Source: Oscillospiraceae bacterium (GTDB lineage: Bacteria; Bacillota; Clostridia; Oscillospirales; CAG-272). Taken from it: a stretch of DNA of 64,000 nucleotides. How positions within the stretch are numbered: the first letter of the stretch is position 1; each line of letters begins with the position of its first letter. Below the pieces are notes generated by a model, which saw nothing but the letters and a program-made list of their open reading frames with translations, searched no databases and was not told the DNA's origin. The position numbers were made by a program, and so were the translations under genes. Positions 8,901 to 18,741 of the stretch are shown in pieces. The DNA lies in the NCBI GenBank assembly GCA_015064555.1, contig SVRZ01000005.1, forward strand, positions 17,619 through 81,618. Direction: 5' to 3'.

Positions 8901-11900
8901 AATATCAGCGGCGCAAAGACCGGAGGTATTATCAACACCCTCCATCAAACTCCAGTTGGATCTGTAATCTATCGTTATGTCACTGAACGTCAGTTTAAGG
9001 TCTTGTCTTACGGTTGAAGACTGGTTCTGCATTGAAAGAAGACGTCTTGCCGTTATCTTTACAGTGCCGTTATAAATATTGATATTGACGGTGTTGGCAA
9101 CTTTATGATTGAACTGTATCAACTCTCTGACAGTAGTTATAGTATGATCGCCGAGATCTACGTTAAGCGTTCCGACAAGCTGATTATATACGTTAAGCGT
9201 GGTTGTCTGCGTGTGATTATAATCTCTTCTGAGAACAACCGTAACGACATCATCCTTGCTTGATGCCAATTCTATAGCATTAGCTATAACACCGTCGTAT
9301 TTACTTGTATTCCAAGCATCTCCCGCGCCTGCAAATTCACCGTTTTTGAATATAAGGAACGGATATGCCTCAGCATCGGAATACGAGTTGGGGATTATGC
9401 CGTATTCGGTTTCCACTCCGTTGGCATTTTTCCAATTACCGTTCTCATAAGTGTAATAAAACCCGTTTTCAACATTATAATACCGTGCACCGGAAACAGA
9501 AGGAACAAAGGTGGGTTTTCCGCTTCCGCTGTACCACACAACGTCAACTTCTGCAGAACGGATTGCTGCTATATTACCGTCTATAGCTGCAGCAGCGGAT
9601 TCGGCATTTTCGATAGTTACGCTCTCAACGTTTTCAACAGCATAAACAGCCGTTTTTCCGTCAACCGTGGTAGTTCCCGAAACGTAACGATATTCGTTTG
9701 TACCGGTATCACCGCCGGCATTGGTTACTGTTACGGAATAAGAATCCTTTATGTAGAGAGTAGATGTTACACCGGCGGTTGCGGCATTTTTGCCCGTAAT
9801 ACCGGCATATACCGATTTGGTGCTTATCCGATCAGGGCCCGCGCTTAAATTATAACATCCCTCTATAAGATAGGGATACTCCACAGCCTCAGTGGAGGCT
9901 ACATATGGGATCCAGGGAGCTCCTCCGAGTATACCTGCCCAATGAGTGTTTTTGGTCAGAGCTGAAACCTCGAAACAGAGATTTCCATCGTTGTAACAGT
10001 TGCTTATGTGAGCATAGCCTGCATAATCACCGCCCCATTTTGTCGTGGGAGATATGATTCCGGCAATTCCGCCATACATACAGGTTTCGGTTGCGCCGTT
10101 GTCACAGAGAGTCATACTGCCCGTGAAAGCACAGTTGCTTACGGTTGAGTTAAGTCCGAAGCTTCCGACGATACCGCCTCCGATACCGTAATCACCGCCA
10201 AACCTTATGCTCGCGGCAGATGTACAAGCATCGATAACCGTATTATGCGCCATACCGCATACAGACCCGAATCTGCCGCCTCTGGAAGCATTATCAAAAT
10301 TCATACCCGAGAGTGGGGAGATATCGTTTAAAACTATCCTTACGGTGTCTTTTATTTCACAGCCGGAAATAATATTGAATGCGGCAAAATTAGCGTCGGT
10401 AACAAGAGGTGAAGCCGCTCTTCCGACAATTCCTCCGGTAAGTCCCGCGCCTACGATCTCAACGTTCTCGATTACTACGTTTTCAACCGTTGCACCGAAT
10501 ATTACGCCAAACAGACCGTATCCGTATTTAACCGACGATTCGTACGCTCTGCCGAACGGATCTATAGTACCGTTCTTTATAGAATATCCGTTTCCGTCAT
10601 AGTGACCGCCGAATGCCGCCATATCGGATTCGCCGCCGAAATAGTAACCGATAGAGAATATGGACTGACCGTTAAGATCAATATCCTGAGTCTGCTCAAA
10701 ATACATTCCGTCAAGCGATGCGGACGTGCTCATTGAGATCTGCTCTGCCATCCAAAGAAGATTTCCGCCGTTTGCGATCTTATAAGGATCGTTTTCGGTT
10801 CCACTGCCCTCCGGAGATATGGAATTACTCATCCATCCGTCATCTTCTTCAATAATAGGAGCATCAGCCGCAAGATCTATAACCTTCGGATTTTTAAGAT
10901 ATACTTTTCTTACTGTTGAATAATACTCTATTGCCAGCTTATTTCCATCCTCCGAGAAGCGGAACATCGCAACCATCGCGGGAGCTGCGGCATCGCGATC
11001 AATACTCTGTGCGTTTACGAGTACCTGAGTTACGGTATTACCGAAATCTCCTTGCCTTTGCGAATAAACTATTTTATCAACATCGACGTGACCCGCGAGC
11101 ATCAGCTTGACATTTGCATGCTTGCTGACAAGGTTTTCCCAAAGGTATACTCCGCTATTTTTAGTACCGCAGTTTATATCACCGCTGTCAAGCGCAGTAC
11201 CGTCGCAATCAAGATATGCGTGTGTGGTAATAATAACGTTATGATCCTTGTGCTCTTCTCTTGCCAGCACCTCGTTTGCCCATGCAAATACGTTAGCATC
11301 GGCATTATAGGCAATATTCATTATAAGATACTTAGCATTACCTACGGCAAACGTGCGCCAGGTATTATTCACGCTGTTGCTCTTATACATTCCGCCGTGA
11401 TTGACAAACTGCGTAGTATATTCCGTATGTGATGCGAAATACGTATCAAAATCCACACCGTTGTCATGGTTTCCGGCAATAAGCGAATACTCAAGCTTTC
11501 CGTCCATAATGGTAATGGCGTGCTTTGCTACGTCCCACTCTGTAAACGTGCCCGAATCATTTCTTTCGTAATGTCCGCCGCCGGGCTCGGATGCATTTTC
11601 GATAAAAGCAAAGCTGCCTGCAGATGCAACGACTCCGCTTTTATCGGTTATATCGCCAAGACCGATAGAATACTTGATATTTTTCTCATCGATATTATCG
11701 ACGATATAATCGTATATGTAAGGAAGATTCTGAGGATAAAATCTTGTTATCTTCTGAGTATCACCTACGACCGCAAATGAATATGACGGAGCAAAGCCGT
11801 AAGACTTGCGCATTTCTTCCATCTCGGATTCGGAGATCCACGTTTTTTCGTAAAGAACGTCATATCCGTTTCCGCTGTCATCGGTTATATTTTTTCCGAT

Positions 11901-12653
11901 ATCGTTTTCATCAACGTCATAATAGAGGATAATATTATCGGTATCGAGATCGGCTTTGGTCATTGACAGGCCCTTCTCGTAATCAGCCAGGATCTCTGAC
12001 TCGGAGCGAACGTCGGAATATACCGCTACATCTCCAAGACCGCCCTTAAAGCATCCGTAATTGAGCTCTCTGTTATCTCCACCGAAAACAAAGCCGTTAG
12101 TGAGAACCTCTTCACTGATAGAGGAATTGAAATATTTACTCTCTTTTACGGCAGATCCGTTTATGTAACACGAAGCGATGCCGGATACATTGTCATAAAC
12201 GAAGGTAACGTACGCCCATTGATCTGTCGGCACTTTGGCATTTTCAAACTTTACATCATAATGAAGCTTGTTCTCGCCTTTATATTTTTTCTGGACGGAT
12301 ATCGTCGGAACTGCGCCTGCACCAATTGTGAAATCTATGCCGGATTCGCTCAGTCTGCCCTCGGTATTACCTATAATTGCACCAACATCCGACGATGCAA
12401 CCGATGAAGGTATATATACCCAAGCGCTGACCGTTTGAGGCATTTTTTCAAGATGCTTTTGTATTACGTAAGTTGCATCAGGATACGCATACTCAACTTT
12501 ATTGATCGTAAGCTTATCGTTCTGAAACTCAAAAGTAAGTCCCGGAATCTTATTATCCGCTGCTGAAGCAAATACAACCACTGCAGAAACGACTACCGCA
12601 GCAAGAAGCAAGGAAATAAGTAATCTTTTGGACTTAAATGCATTCTTTTTCAT
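6000..12653 (-). CDS. giant secreted multidomain protein 1 (2217 aa): signal peptide, LamG-like lectin, metallophosphoesterase, GLUG-like region, 3 tandem beta-helix-like modules, shared C-terminal domain
   Basis: N-terminus MKKNAFKSKRLLISLLLAAVVVSAVVVFASA. Laminin_G_3-like stretch (VSAWVYIP...CYINGSAV). Metallophosphoesterase motifs VVGDTQK, GLGDITD, AGNHDN, TTHAYLD, LAGHVD. GGIVG/GGIAG/NCY motifs typical of GLUG regions. Domain names come from motif recognition only. Confidence 0.9.
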   Translation of the reverse strand: MKKNAFKSKRLLISLLLAAVVVSAVVVFASAADNKIPGLTFEFQNDKLTINKVEYAYPDATYVIQKHLEKMPQTVSAWVYIPSSVASSDVGAIIGNTEGRLSESGIDFTIGAGAVPTISVQKKYKGENKLHYDVKFENAKVPTDQWAYVTFVYDNVSGIASCYINGSAVKESKYFNSSISEEVLTNGFVFGGDNRELNYGCFKGGLGDVAVYSDVRSESEILADYEKGLSMTKADLDTDNIILYYDVDENDIGKNITDDSGNGYDVLYEKTWISESEMEEMRKSYGFAPSYSFAVVGDTQKITRFYPQNLPYIYDYIVDNIDEKNIKYSIGLGDITDKSGVVASAGSFAFIENASEPGGGHYERNDSGTFTEWDVAKHAITIMDGKLEYSLIAGNHDNGVDFDTYFASHTEYTTQFVNHGGMYKSNSVNNTWRTFAVGNAKYLIMNIAYNADANVFAWANEVLAREEHKDHNVIITTHAYLDCDGTALDSGDINCGTKNSGVYLWENLVSKHANVKLMLAGHVDVDKIVYSQRQGDFGNTVTQVLVNAQSIDRDAAAPAMVAMFRFSEDGNKLAIEYYSTVRKVYLKNPKVIDLAADAPIIEEDDGWMSNSISPEGSGTENDPYKIANGGNLLWMAEQISMSTSASLDGMYFEQTQDIDLNGQSIFSIGYYFGGESDMAAFGGHYDGNGYSIKNGTIDPFGRAYESSVKYGYGLFGVIFGATVENVVIENVEIVGAGLTGGIVGRAASPLVTDANFAAFNIISGCEIKDTVRIVLNDISPLSGMNFDNASRGGRFGSVCGMAHNTVIDACTSAASIRFGGDYGIGGGIVGSFGLNSTVSNCAFTGSMTLCDNGATETCMYGGIAGIISPTTKWGGDYAGYAHISNCYNDGNLCFEVSALTKNTHWAGILGGAPWIPYVASTEAVEYPYLIEGCYNLSAGPDRISTKSVYAGITGKNAATAGVTSTLYIKDSYSVTVTNAGGDTGTNEYRYVSGTTTVDGKTAVYAVENVESVTIENAESAAAAIDGNIAAIRSAEVDVVWYSGSGKPTFVPSVSGARYYNVENGFYYTYENGNWKNANGVETEYGIIPNSYSDAEAYPFLIFKNGEFAGAGDAWNTSKYDGVIANAIELASSKDDVVTVVLRRDYNHTQTTTLNVYNQLVGTLNVDLGDHTITTVRELIQFNHKVANTVNINIYNGTVKITARRLLSMQNQSSTVRQDLKLTFSDITIDYRSNWSLMEGVDNTSGLCAADIIFDNCKFDLTNYTGSAFTFITSHNDTSKSHLMHVVFKGGEFVSNVNFADSMMSMNSGYPAGEADTFRFEPDSEGNYTKFTMPSGVAAPTKTYNSEGVAFVKLSSDETNATYTLIENYIPGYGEIPTEYLDKEAYPFLIFKGGVCVGAGDNWNTSKNEGVIPTAISLATNVGDVVTVVLRRDFENRATATPNTYNKLVGTLNVDFCGNTLYSYREIMQFNHGSKANTVNVNIKNGNIVIAGRRLANLLNQSASVRQDLKLTFTNVNITHKTTWSIIEAGDSAAGLCVTDVVFENCTLDLTSHTSAFNIIVAGADANNSHVMHVVFKGGEILSDADFTGKLMTRKTGYAEGEADTWKFEKNEDGKYAKIEMPASLSAPTNVYNSNAKISYALISTDGTTAVYELGESVVTAYGEIPFLYADITKYPFALFQNGIFNTAYATWYDFCQAIGKVDTSESKNTVLLVRDDHISTASSANLYTVKYITIDLNGNTLTRGSYHLFNLSGRDNKEFTANITVKNGTLNTTHSVNPPISFNSNNKQNVGAEFNVTFDSVTFTAASNHSGSLVMVAFSDGTYGAKYNMVFNDCTFDATGASITNLFGMADGGSSNKFDVNVTVNGGQIFADKYFEFATFSPERVEGEGSPDTLAFGKNAVDLILPENATAPGVSNVYKTSNGIECIFVKASATNGKAVYRLTPKMALTFVPKSSITLGSELIFNIYVPMNANLTALNLDGAALDLSTLTVKDGYYLVTVSLGAREAAREIKLTATLTVDGKVMRGTFTFSIPKYAEKLLSDTSASATEKTLVKDVLSYIRAAYTFFGTEDAEAMAKIDALLGENYDETSIPVMSGSAEKPTLGITAVTYNLDATPALRFYLADGYNASDFAFSIKGSAVAATEGSDKNGRHLEVKLYAYELAETVDYTVNGESDSCHIRCYYEWAATQNNDALTKLVSRFAKYCESAKAYRESVAK
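6811..9404 (-). repeat. three tandem ~288-aa protein modules inside giant 1 (each starts YG-x-IP-x-x-Y...YPF-x-x-F)
   Basis: Module starts YGIIPNSYSDAEAYPFLIFKNG (Tyr codon 9404), YGEIPTEYLDKEAYPFLIFKGG (8540) and YGEIPFLYADITKYPFALFQNG (7673), giving periods of 864 and 867 nt. Modules 1 and 2 align along their full length (VVTVVLRRD..., VRQDLKLTF..., HVVFKGGE...). Confidence 0.7.
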
Positions 12654-12725
12654 AAAATTCTCCTCCGTAATTGATATAATAAAGGTTTTTTATAATCCCT
12701 TTGGAAACATTTTACCACAAATTCA

Positions 12726-12754
12726 TTGACATTTTATGTTATATTTGATATAAT
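12726..12754 (+). promoter_or_regulatory. sigma-A-type promoter of AraC regulator 1
   Basis: TTGACA (12726-12731), 17-nt spacer, TATAAT (12749-12754), in the 132-bp divergent intergenic region shared with giant 1. Confidence 0.45.
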
Positions 12755-12785
12755 TTATGACAGAATTTAACCTATGAGGTGCTTT

Positions 12786-13583
12786 ATGCAATATTTTGAA
12801 AATATCAGAGAACACAACTCGCTTTTTTCCGTAATCAAGCACACAAAGGAACTAAAAAACGATTTTGCCTGCAAGCTTGAGATTCATATACAACCCACCA
12901 TAGAAATGGTGTACGTATCAGACGGAAGGTTCGACCTTCACATTAACGGAAGAACCGAAACGGTTCGCACCGGAGAAATAGGAATAGTTTTCCCCTTCCA
13001 GCCTCACGGATACGAAAGATACTCGGGAAGCGACTATATCAGATTCGATTTTGAATCCGAGCTTGCTATGGATTTTTTTAATTTAAAGCATAACGTAATA
13101 GGAGAGAAATCGGTATTCGCCGCGAGCGAAGTAACGCAATACATAATAAAAAAGCATTTCACAGAATCAAACAACCTCTCAAAGCTTAATATCCAAAGCC
13201 TTCTTTATTCCGCTTTGGCCGATTTTACCGATCAGATCAAGCTCGTTCCTTTGGGAAAGGATAATAACGTTCTGATAAAAGCCATAACCTACATAAGATC
13301 CAATATGGATAAATCCTTGCAGATGAATGACGTTGCAAAAGCGCTGGGTTATAGCGAAAGCTATTTTTCAAGAGCTTTAAATAAAAACGCCGGCTTTGGC
13401 TTTAACACGCTTCTTGCTATGATAAGAATAGAGAGCGCAAAAAAGTTTCTGCGGGAAACCGACAAAACAATTCTCGAAATAGTCCTTGAATGCGGATTCG
13501 GAAGCGAACGCAGCTTCTATAGGCAGTTCAGAGACATAACCGGAGAAACACCGCTGAAATACAGAAATGATCTTTATCAATGA
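12786..13583 (+). CDS. AraC-family transcriptional regulator with N-terminal cupin-type sensor domain, 265 aa
   Basis: The C-terminus (MNDVAKALGYSESYFSRALNK...ILEIVLECGFGSERSFYRQFRDITGETPLKYR) is a double AraC HTH. The N-terminus (IEMVYVSDGRFDLHINGRTETVRTGEIGIVFPFQPHGY) is cupin-like. ATG at 12786 has GAGGTG upstream. Confidence 0.85.
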   Translation: MQYFENIREHNSLFSVIKHTKELKNDFACKLEIHIQPTIEMVYVSDGRFDLHINGRTETVRTGEIGIVFPFQPHGYERYSGSDYIRFDFESELAMDFFNLKHNVIGEKSVFAASEVTQYIIKKHFTESNNLSKLNIQSLLYSALADFTDQIKLVPLGKDNNVLIKAITYIRSNMDKSLQMNDVAKALGYSESYFSRALNKNAGFGFNTLLAMIRIESAKKFLRETDKTILEIVLECGFGSERSFYRQFRDITGETPLKYRNDLYQ

Positions 13584-13653
13584 AAAAATAAGAGGCTCTG
13601 TCATTAAGAGTTGAAACGGTGATGAACGTTAAAGATTTCATAGCATAAAAATG

Positions 13654-13697
13654 TAACCGAGGTATTGCGAAAACGATACCTCGGTTATATTTTGTTT
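13654..13697. terminator. bidirectional rho-independent terminator
   Basis: TAACCGAGGTAT / ATACCTCGGTTA 12-bp perfect stem with T-rich tails on both strands, between the convergent AraC (+) and PocR-AraC (-) genes. Confidence 0.6.
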
Positions 13698-13774
13698 GGT
13701 TATGCCCGGATACTTAAGCCGGGGGTTATTCGGTTATGAGCGAACAGAGAATGCTTATCACGGCACTCGGCGTT

Positions 13775-14587
13775 TCAAAGCCGCTTTCTGTATTTCATTG
13801 GAGATATCCCGTACACCGCCTTGAACGAGCGGCTGTAATATGCGGGATCTGTAAAGCCCACCGATTCGGCAACCTTTTCTATCGAGAGACTGTCATCCGC
13901 AAGAAGCTCGAGCGAGCGCTTTATACGTGTTGAGCGGATATATTCGCCGAGCGTGCAGCCGAAGCCCTCGCGGATGCTTTTATATATTCCGCTCGGTGAC
14001 ATATGAATGCCGCGCGATACCGATTCGACCGTCATCCGCTCGCAAAGATGCTCATCGATATAATCGGCTATAACGGCTGCGCTCTGCTTCGACTTCGACC
14101 TGACCATATTTTCAAACATTATATACTTTGTAAGCATGGTGGCTATGTTGATTACCGACTCTATCATTTCTTCATTATAAAGAGGAAGCGAGCGGTAGCA
14201 CTCATCTATACTCTCCTTATCTATCGAGAAGGCGTATGCGTCATCGCACGGATCCGGGTTCTTTCTTATCTGACCTATCATAAGAATGCCAACCGTTTCA
14301 TTCCTGTGAAGGAGAGGTATCGCTATATCCAGAAGCCCCGCACCGCATATATGGCGCGCTACCTGACCTGTTTCGCGGCACCGCTTTATAAGTGCGCTAT
14401 TCGATTTAGCGCAAACGCGCTTACCCTTCTCTGTGCTTGCCACAAGACTGCAATAGCGGCAAACGCCCGAGCCGCGGAAGGTTATCCGCCTGCCGTCGGT
14501 ATCGTAAAGCGTGATGGATATACCCGTCGCACGGTTAAAATCGTACACGGCATCCTCAAGCTTTTTTAAATCGTATGTATGGAGCAT
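13775..14587 (-). CDS. PocR-sensor-domain AraC-family regulator, 270 aa
   Basis: The N-terminus (FNRATGISITLYD..GR......C..C...........C...........G....H.C.AGL.DIAIPL......VG.LMIGQIR) matches the PocR ligand-binding domain. The C-terminus is an AraC HTH (SVSRGIHMSPSGIYKSI...VAESVGFTDPAYYSRSFKAVYGISPMKYR). ATG at 14587 has GGAGGTGAG upstream. Confidence 0.85.
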   Translation of the reverse strand: MLHTYDLKKLEDAVYDFNRATGISITLYDTDGRRITFRGSGVCRYCSLVASTEKGKRVCAKSNSALIKRCRETGQVARHICGAGLLDIAIPLLHRNETVGILMIGQIRKNPDPCDDAYAFSIDKESIDECYRSLPLYNEEMIESVINIATMLTKYIMFENMVRSKSKQSAAVIADYIDEHLCERMTVESVSRGIHMSPSGIYKSIREGFGCTLGEYIRSTRIKRSLELLADDSLSIEKVAESVGFTDPAYYSRSFKAVYGISPMKYRKRL

Positions 14588-14761
14588 AATTCTCACCTCC
14601 GTTATCATTATAACGGTTTATCAAAATTTGTCAAGGATTTTTCGGGAAAGTGTAAAATAATCCAAAAAATTAACACAATCCTACCTTGTAACAAAAGAGA
14701 CCTTGGTGGTATAATTTGATTGAGCATGGCTCATCCTAAAAAACAAAGCGAGGTTTTTGAT

Positions 14762-17700
14762 ATGAATGAAAGTATTAAAAAGGTCGAACTCAGAATAGAA
14801 GAGGTCGGTATCGTTACCTACCCATTCGTTGAGCCCGAGGAGATGCCGATGTTTTCCGAAACGGCAAACCATCAGGGCACTACCGGAAATCCCTATCCCG
14901 TAAGAGCAACCTCCGGAGTTATAATTGACAGAAGCGAAGAGATGCCCTGGACAAAGATCACCCTCGAAAATGATTACATAAGAGTTGCCGTTCTCCCCGC
15001 ACTCGGCGGAAGAATATGCGAGGCATACGATAAAAAGACCGGCTATGATTTCCTTTACCGCCAGCACGTAATAAAGCCTGCCATGATAGGCGTTTACGGT
15101 CCCTGGACGTCGGGAGGCCTTGAATTTAACTGGCCCTTCCACCACCGCCCCTCAACACTTATGCCGCTTGATTACCATACCGAGGAGCTTGACGACGGAA
15201 CTGCGATAGTATGGCTCTCAGAGCATTCGCCCTCCGACCGCACCAAGGGAATGGTTGGCATGGTTCTCCGCCCCGATTCATCATATTTCGAAACAAGGGT
15301 GATAGTGACCAACAGGACCTCGGATAAGCATAATTTCCTCTGGTGGGAGAATGCCGCAGTCGCGGTACACGAGGAATACAGACTTATTTTCCCACCCGAC
15401 GTTACCTGGGTGCATCACCACAACGATGCAAGCCACACCACCTTCCCGATAGCCGAGGGGCAGTACGGCGCGGATGCCATAACCGAGCCTAAGGATATAA
15501 GCTGGCATAAAAACTCGCCCGTTGCGACATCTTATTTCGCAGGTCCCTCAAAGTATGATTTCTTCGGCGGCTACGATTACAGGCGCGGATGCGGAGTGCT
15601 CCACGTTGCCGATCATCACGTTGCCCCCGGAAAGAAGATGTTCACCTGGGGATACGGTCAGAATGCCGACACCTGGGAAAAGAAGCTCACCGATTACGAC
15701 GGCCCGTATGCCGAGCTGATGGCAGGAAGCTATACCGACGATCAGCCCGATTTCACATGGCTTATGCCATACGAGAGCAAGTGCTTCTCGCAGTTCTGGT
15801 ATCCTACGGCGGGTATAGGCTACGTGTCCTTTGCTAACCTTGATGCCGCCGTTGCAATAGACCGCGAGATAGGCGAGATACGCTTCAACTCCACACGCGA
15901 AGTGAAGGGTGCGCATATAACCGTTTCCAAAGAGAACGGAGAGATCCTTCTCGATGCGGTATCGGATATATCCCCCTCCGAGCTTGTAAGCTATAAGCTT
16001 GATATTCCCGAAAATACTCACCTGACCGTTAAGGTCGTCTGTGACGGCATAGATATTCTCTCCTACACCGAGGAGGATGCCGACTACGTGCACATTCCCG
16101 AGAACAGAGGCGAGATACCTACTCCCGATAAGCTCAGCACGGTTACGGATATAATGATCGCAGGCGAGCATCTTGATCAGTACCGCAGTCCGCTCCACAA
16201 GCCTGATGCATACTATCTCGAGGCTCTTCGCCGCGAGCCCGACCACCTCCCCGCGCACAAGGCGCTCGGTGAATACTATACACGTACCGGCAGATTTGCC
16301 GATGCACTCGTTTATCTCGATAGCGCGTGGAAGCTCGAATGCAGATATAACCGGAATCCCGAGGATGGCTCTGTCGGCTATCTGCGCGGACTCTGCCTCA
16401 AAAATCTCGGACGCACCGACGAGGCGTACGATGCCTTCCGTCACTCTGCCTGGTCGGCTAACACGGTCAGCGCGGCTATGACTGCCGCCGCCGCTATCGA
16501 CGGTATCAGAGGAAATTACGGCGAAATGTATAACCATGCATTGACTGCTATTGAGAAGGAAATGCGCCACCCCGTGGCGAGAGTATACGCCGCACTTGCC
16601 GCCTTGAAGCTCGGCAGACGCCGCGAGGCGGGCGAGCTTTGCCGCCTTGCCATAAAGCTTGACTGCCTCAATCAGCTTGCGCGCTATGCCCTCACGGTAA
16701 TTACCGGTAAGGGCAAAAGCGAATTCTTCTGCTCGCTCCATTCAAGCCCCGCGCAGACCTGTCTTGATATCGCATTTGATCTTATAGATGCAGGATTTAT
16801 CTCCGAGACGGCAGAGCTGCTCAACGGAGTTCTCAAAATCGCACCGGACGATGCTATAGTCCGTTACACTCTTGCATACTGCTACGACCTGATCGGTGAC
16901 GAAAATAACGCGAAAAAGCAAAGAAAACTTAGCAAAAAGAACAAAATCGTCGAGTCATTCCCGATAAGGCACGGAGAGCTTAAAGTACTCAGAGCGGCGA
17001 TTGATGCTGATGAGTGCGACGGCTTTGCCGCATATCTGCTCGGCTGCCAGGTCTATAATGCGAGAGAATATTCCCTCGCGGCAGAGCTGTGGGAAAGAGC
17101 CGTAAAATACGAGCCTGACTTCTATATTCCCTACCGCAATCTTGCTCTCGTTTATTTCAATCACCTGAACCGACCCGAGGATTCGGCGCGCCTTCTCCGC
17201 CGCGCCTTAGAGCTTAAGCCGAAGGATCCCATGCTCCTGTCCGAGATAGCAAAGGTTATGACCAGCCTTGGCAAGGATATGGCGGCAAACGCGGAATTCT
17301 TAATGGCAAATATGCCAAGCGTGCCGAATGATCAGATAATTCTATCTATCACAGAGCTTTATAACAATGCATTTATGTTTGACGAGGCTGAGGCGCTTAT
17401 GCGCTCTCATAGCTTCACACCCGCAGAGGGCGAGGAATTTATCATAGCAGAGCCTTATATGTATTCCTGTCTCTGCCGCGGACGTATCGCTCTTGGGGAG
17501 GGCAGATATGAGGACGCGCTTGAAATGTTCAGGCGTGCACAGGCGCTCCCCGAAAATCTTCACGTAGGCTTCTGGAATATGAGCGTGCTTATCCCTTACA
17601 AGTATAACGAGGCATACGCACTCACCCTGCTCGGAAGAAAGGATGAGGCAAACGTCATCATCGACGAGCTTGTGAACCTCAAGAACGTAGGCATGTGGAA

Positions 17701-18028
17701 TATGGGCGGCGAATTCGTTTATTATTCTGCCATGTCGGTACGCCTTGCAGGAGAGGATATGCGTGCCAAGTCGATAATGAGAAGCGCGATACTCTCCTGG
17801 GAAAAGGAGCTTGAGAGCGGCTGCAGATATCACAAGGAGATAACAAGGCTCTTCGGTTGCTTCGTCGGTGATTACACCACTCTCCGTCTCTCTGCATTGA
17901 ACGGAATGCTCGGCTACGGAAGGCTCTTTGACGGCGATGAAGCCTCGGCACGTGCTTACTTTGAGCGCTCTATGGAGCTCGCTCCCTCGCGCAAGATAGC
18001 ATTTGAGCTTGAATTATTGAATCGATAA
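14762..18028 (+). CDS. DUF5107-like N-terminal domain fused to TPR repeats, 1088 aa
   Basis: The N-terminal ~400 aa (YPF.E.E..PMF...NPYPV...ITLENDYIRV.VLP.LGGRI....DK..GYDFLY...VIKPA..G..GPW.SGG.EFNWP.HHRP) resembles DUF5107 family members. The C-terminal two thirds has repeated TPR-like helices (YY.RTGRF.DAL.YL..A...). Confidence 0.75.
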   Translation: MNESIKKVELRIEEVGIVTYPFVEPEEMPMFSETANHQGTTGNPYPVRATSGVIIDRSEEMPWTKITLENDYIRVAVLPALGGRICEAYDKKTGYDFLYRQHVIKPAMIGVYGPWTSGGLEFNWPFHHRPSTLMPLDYHTEELDDGTAIVWLSEHSPSDRTKGMVGMVLRPDSSYFETRVIVTNRTSDKHNFLWWENAAVAVHEEYRLIFPPDVTWVHHHNDASHTTFPIAEGQYGADAITEPKDISWHKNSPVATSYFAGPSKYDFFGGYDYRRGCGVLHVADHHVAPGKKMFTWGYGQNADTWEKKLTDYDGPYAELMAGSYTDDQPDFTWLMPYESKCFSQFWYPTAGIGYVSFANLDAAVAIDREIGEIRFNSTREVKGAHITVSKENGEILLDAVSDISPSELVSYKLDIPENTHLTVKVVCDGIDILSYTEEDADYVHIPENRGEIPTPDKLSTVTDIMIAGEHLDQYRSPLHKPDAYYLEALRREPDHLPAHKALGEYYTRTGRFADALVYLDSAWKLECRYNRNPEDGSVGYLRGLCLKNLGRTDEAYDAFRHSAWSANTVSAAMTAAAAIDGIRGNYGEMYNHALTAIEKEMRHPVARVYAALAALKLGRRREAGELCRLAIKLDCLNQLARYALTVITGKGKSEFFCSLHSSPAQTCLDIAFDLIDAGFISETAELLNGVLKIAPDDAIVRYTLAYCYDLIGDENNAKKQRKLSKKNKIVESFPIRHGELKVLRAAIDADECDGFAAYLLGCQVYNAREYSLAAELWERAVKYEPDFYIPYRNLALVYFNHLNRPEDSARLLRRALELKPKDPMLLSEIAKVMTSLGKDMAANAEFLMANMPSVPNDQIILSITELYNNAFMFDEAEALMRSHSFTPAEGEEFIIAEPYMYSCLCRGRIALGEGRYEDALEMFRRAQALPENLHVGFWNMSVLIPYKYNEAYALTLLGRKDEANVIIDELVNLKNVGMWNMGGEFVYYSAMSVRLAGEDMRAKSIMRSAILSWEKELESGCRYHKEITRLFGCFVGDYTTLRLSALNGMLGYGRLFDGDEASARAYFERSMELAPSRKIAFELELLNR

Positions 18029-18100
18029 AGCTGATCGCAGCAGCTTTAACATATATTCAGGCAACATTCATCAAGCTACAAAAACATCACTAACAAAAAA

Positions 18101-18143
18101 AGAGAGAACAAAACGGTTTCATCCGCAATGTTCTCTCTTTTTC
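18101..18143 (+). terminator. rho-independent terminator
   Basis: AGAGAGAAC / GTTCTCTCT stem followed by TTTTTC, about 70 nt after the stop at 18028. Confidence 0.6.
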
Positions 18144-18204
18144 TGTTACTTCAATAGCTTATCCGTAAATCGCGCGCCGATGCGAAAACCCGATCACAAG
18201 GCTA

Positions 18205-18741
18205 TCATTCAACTATCTCTTTGAAGGTTATGGTTGAATAGAGTCCATCCTGGTAATGCGTATGCGCATTATGGATAACGTAAACGTAATCGGTATGTAT
18301 CTCTATCCTTATCGGATAGGTATAGCTGCCGGTCTTGTCGGTGGCGGTAAGCATAAGGACGTTTCCTATCCTCTCGCCCTTGGTGGGAGGGAGAGGAAAC
18401 GTGTTGGTATAATCTATTATCTCGACGGTGTCCTCCGAGGAAAATTCTACAATTATATCATTGTAGATCTTCTTTATTTCCTTTTCCATCGTGGTGTTTT
18501 TTATCTCGTCCTTATCCCTGATGTCGATATCGGAATATATATACTGCTTACCCGAAACCGATATAGCGGCACCCGTATCTATCGGATCTTTGAATCGGTT
18601 ATCGTATGGATTGTACTTATATTCCCATTTATCGCGGGGGGCTGAGGGAGGAGTCTTCTCCTCGCCGCCGCCCTTGCAGGATACCAAAAGAGATATGATC
18701 AGCGTCAGTACCGTGATGGCTGAGATCAGTCTTTTCATCAT
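18205..18741 (-). CDS. lipoprotein of unknown function, 178 aa
   Basis: [22 protein letters not shown] with lipobox LVSC. The start overlaps the uxuA stop (ATGATGA), implying translational coupling. Confidence 0.75.
   Translation of the reverse strand: MMKRLISAITVLTLIISLLVSCKGGGEEKTPPSAPRDKWEYKYNPYDNRFKDPIDTGAAISVSGKQYIYSDIDIRDKDEIKNTTMEKEIKKIYNDIIVEFSSEDTVEIIDYTNTFPLPPTKGERIGNVLMLTATDKTGSYTYPIRIEIHTDYVYVIHNAHTHYQDGLYSTITFKEIVE

Noticed and set aside
15548-16741. 397-aa minus-strand ORF inside the DUF5107/TPR gene, and similar antisense ORFs 29131..30102 (GH2), 18942..19802 (uxuA), 51717..52403 (ABC ATPase), 55721..56563 and 56921..57775 (lipoprotein)
   Set aside because: Each overlaps a better-supported gene on the opposite strand, and none has start signals or recognisable domains.
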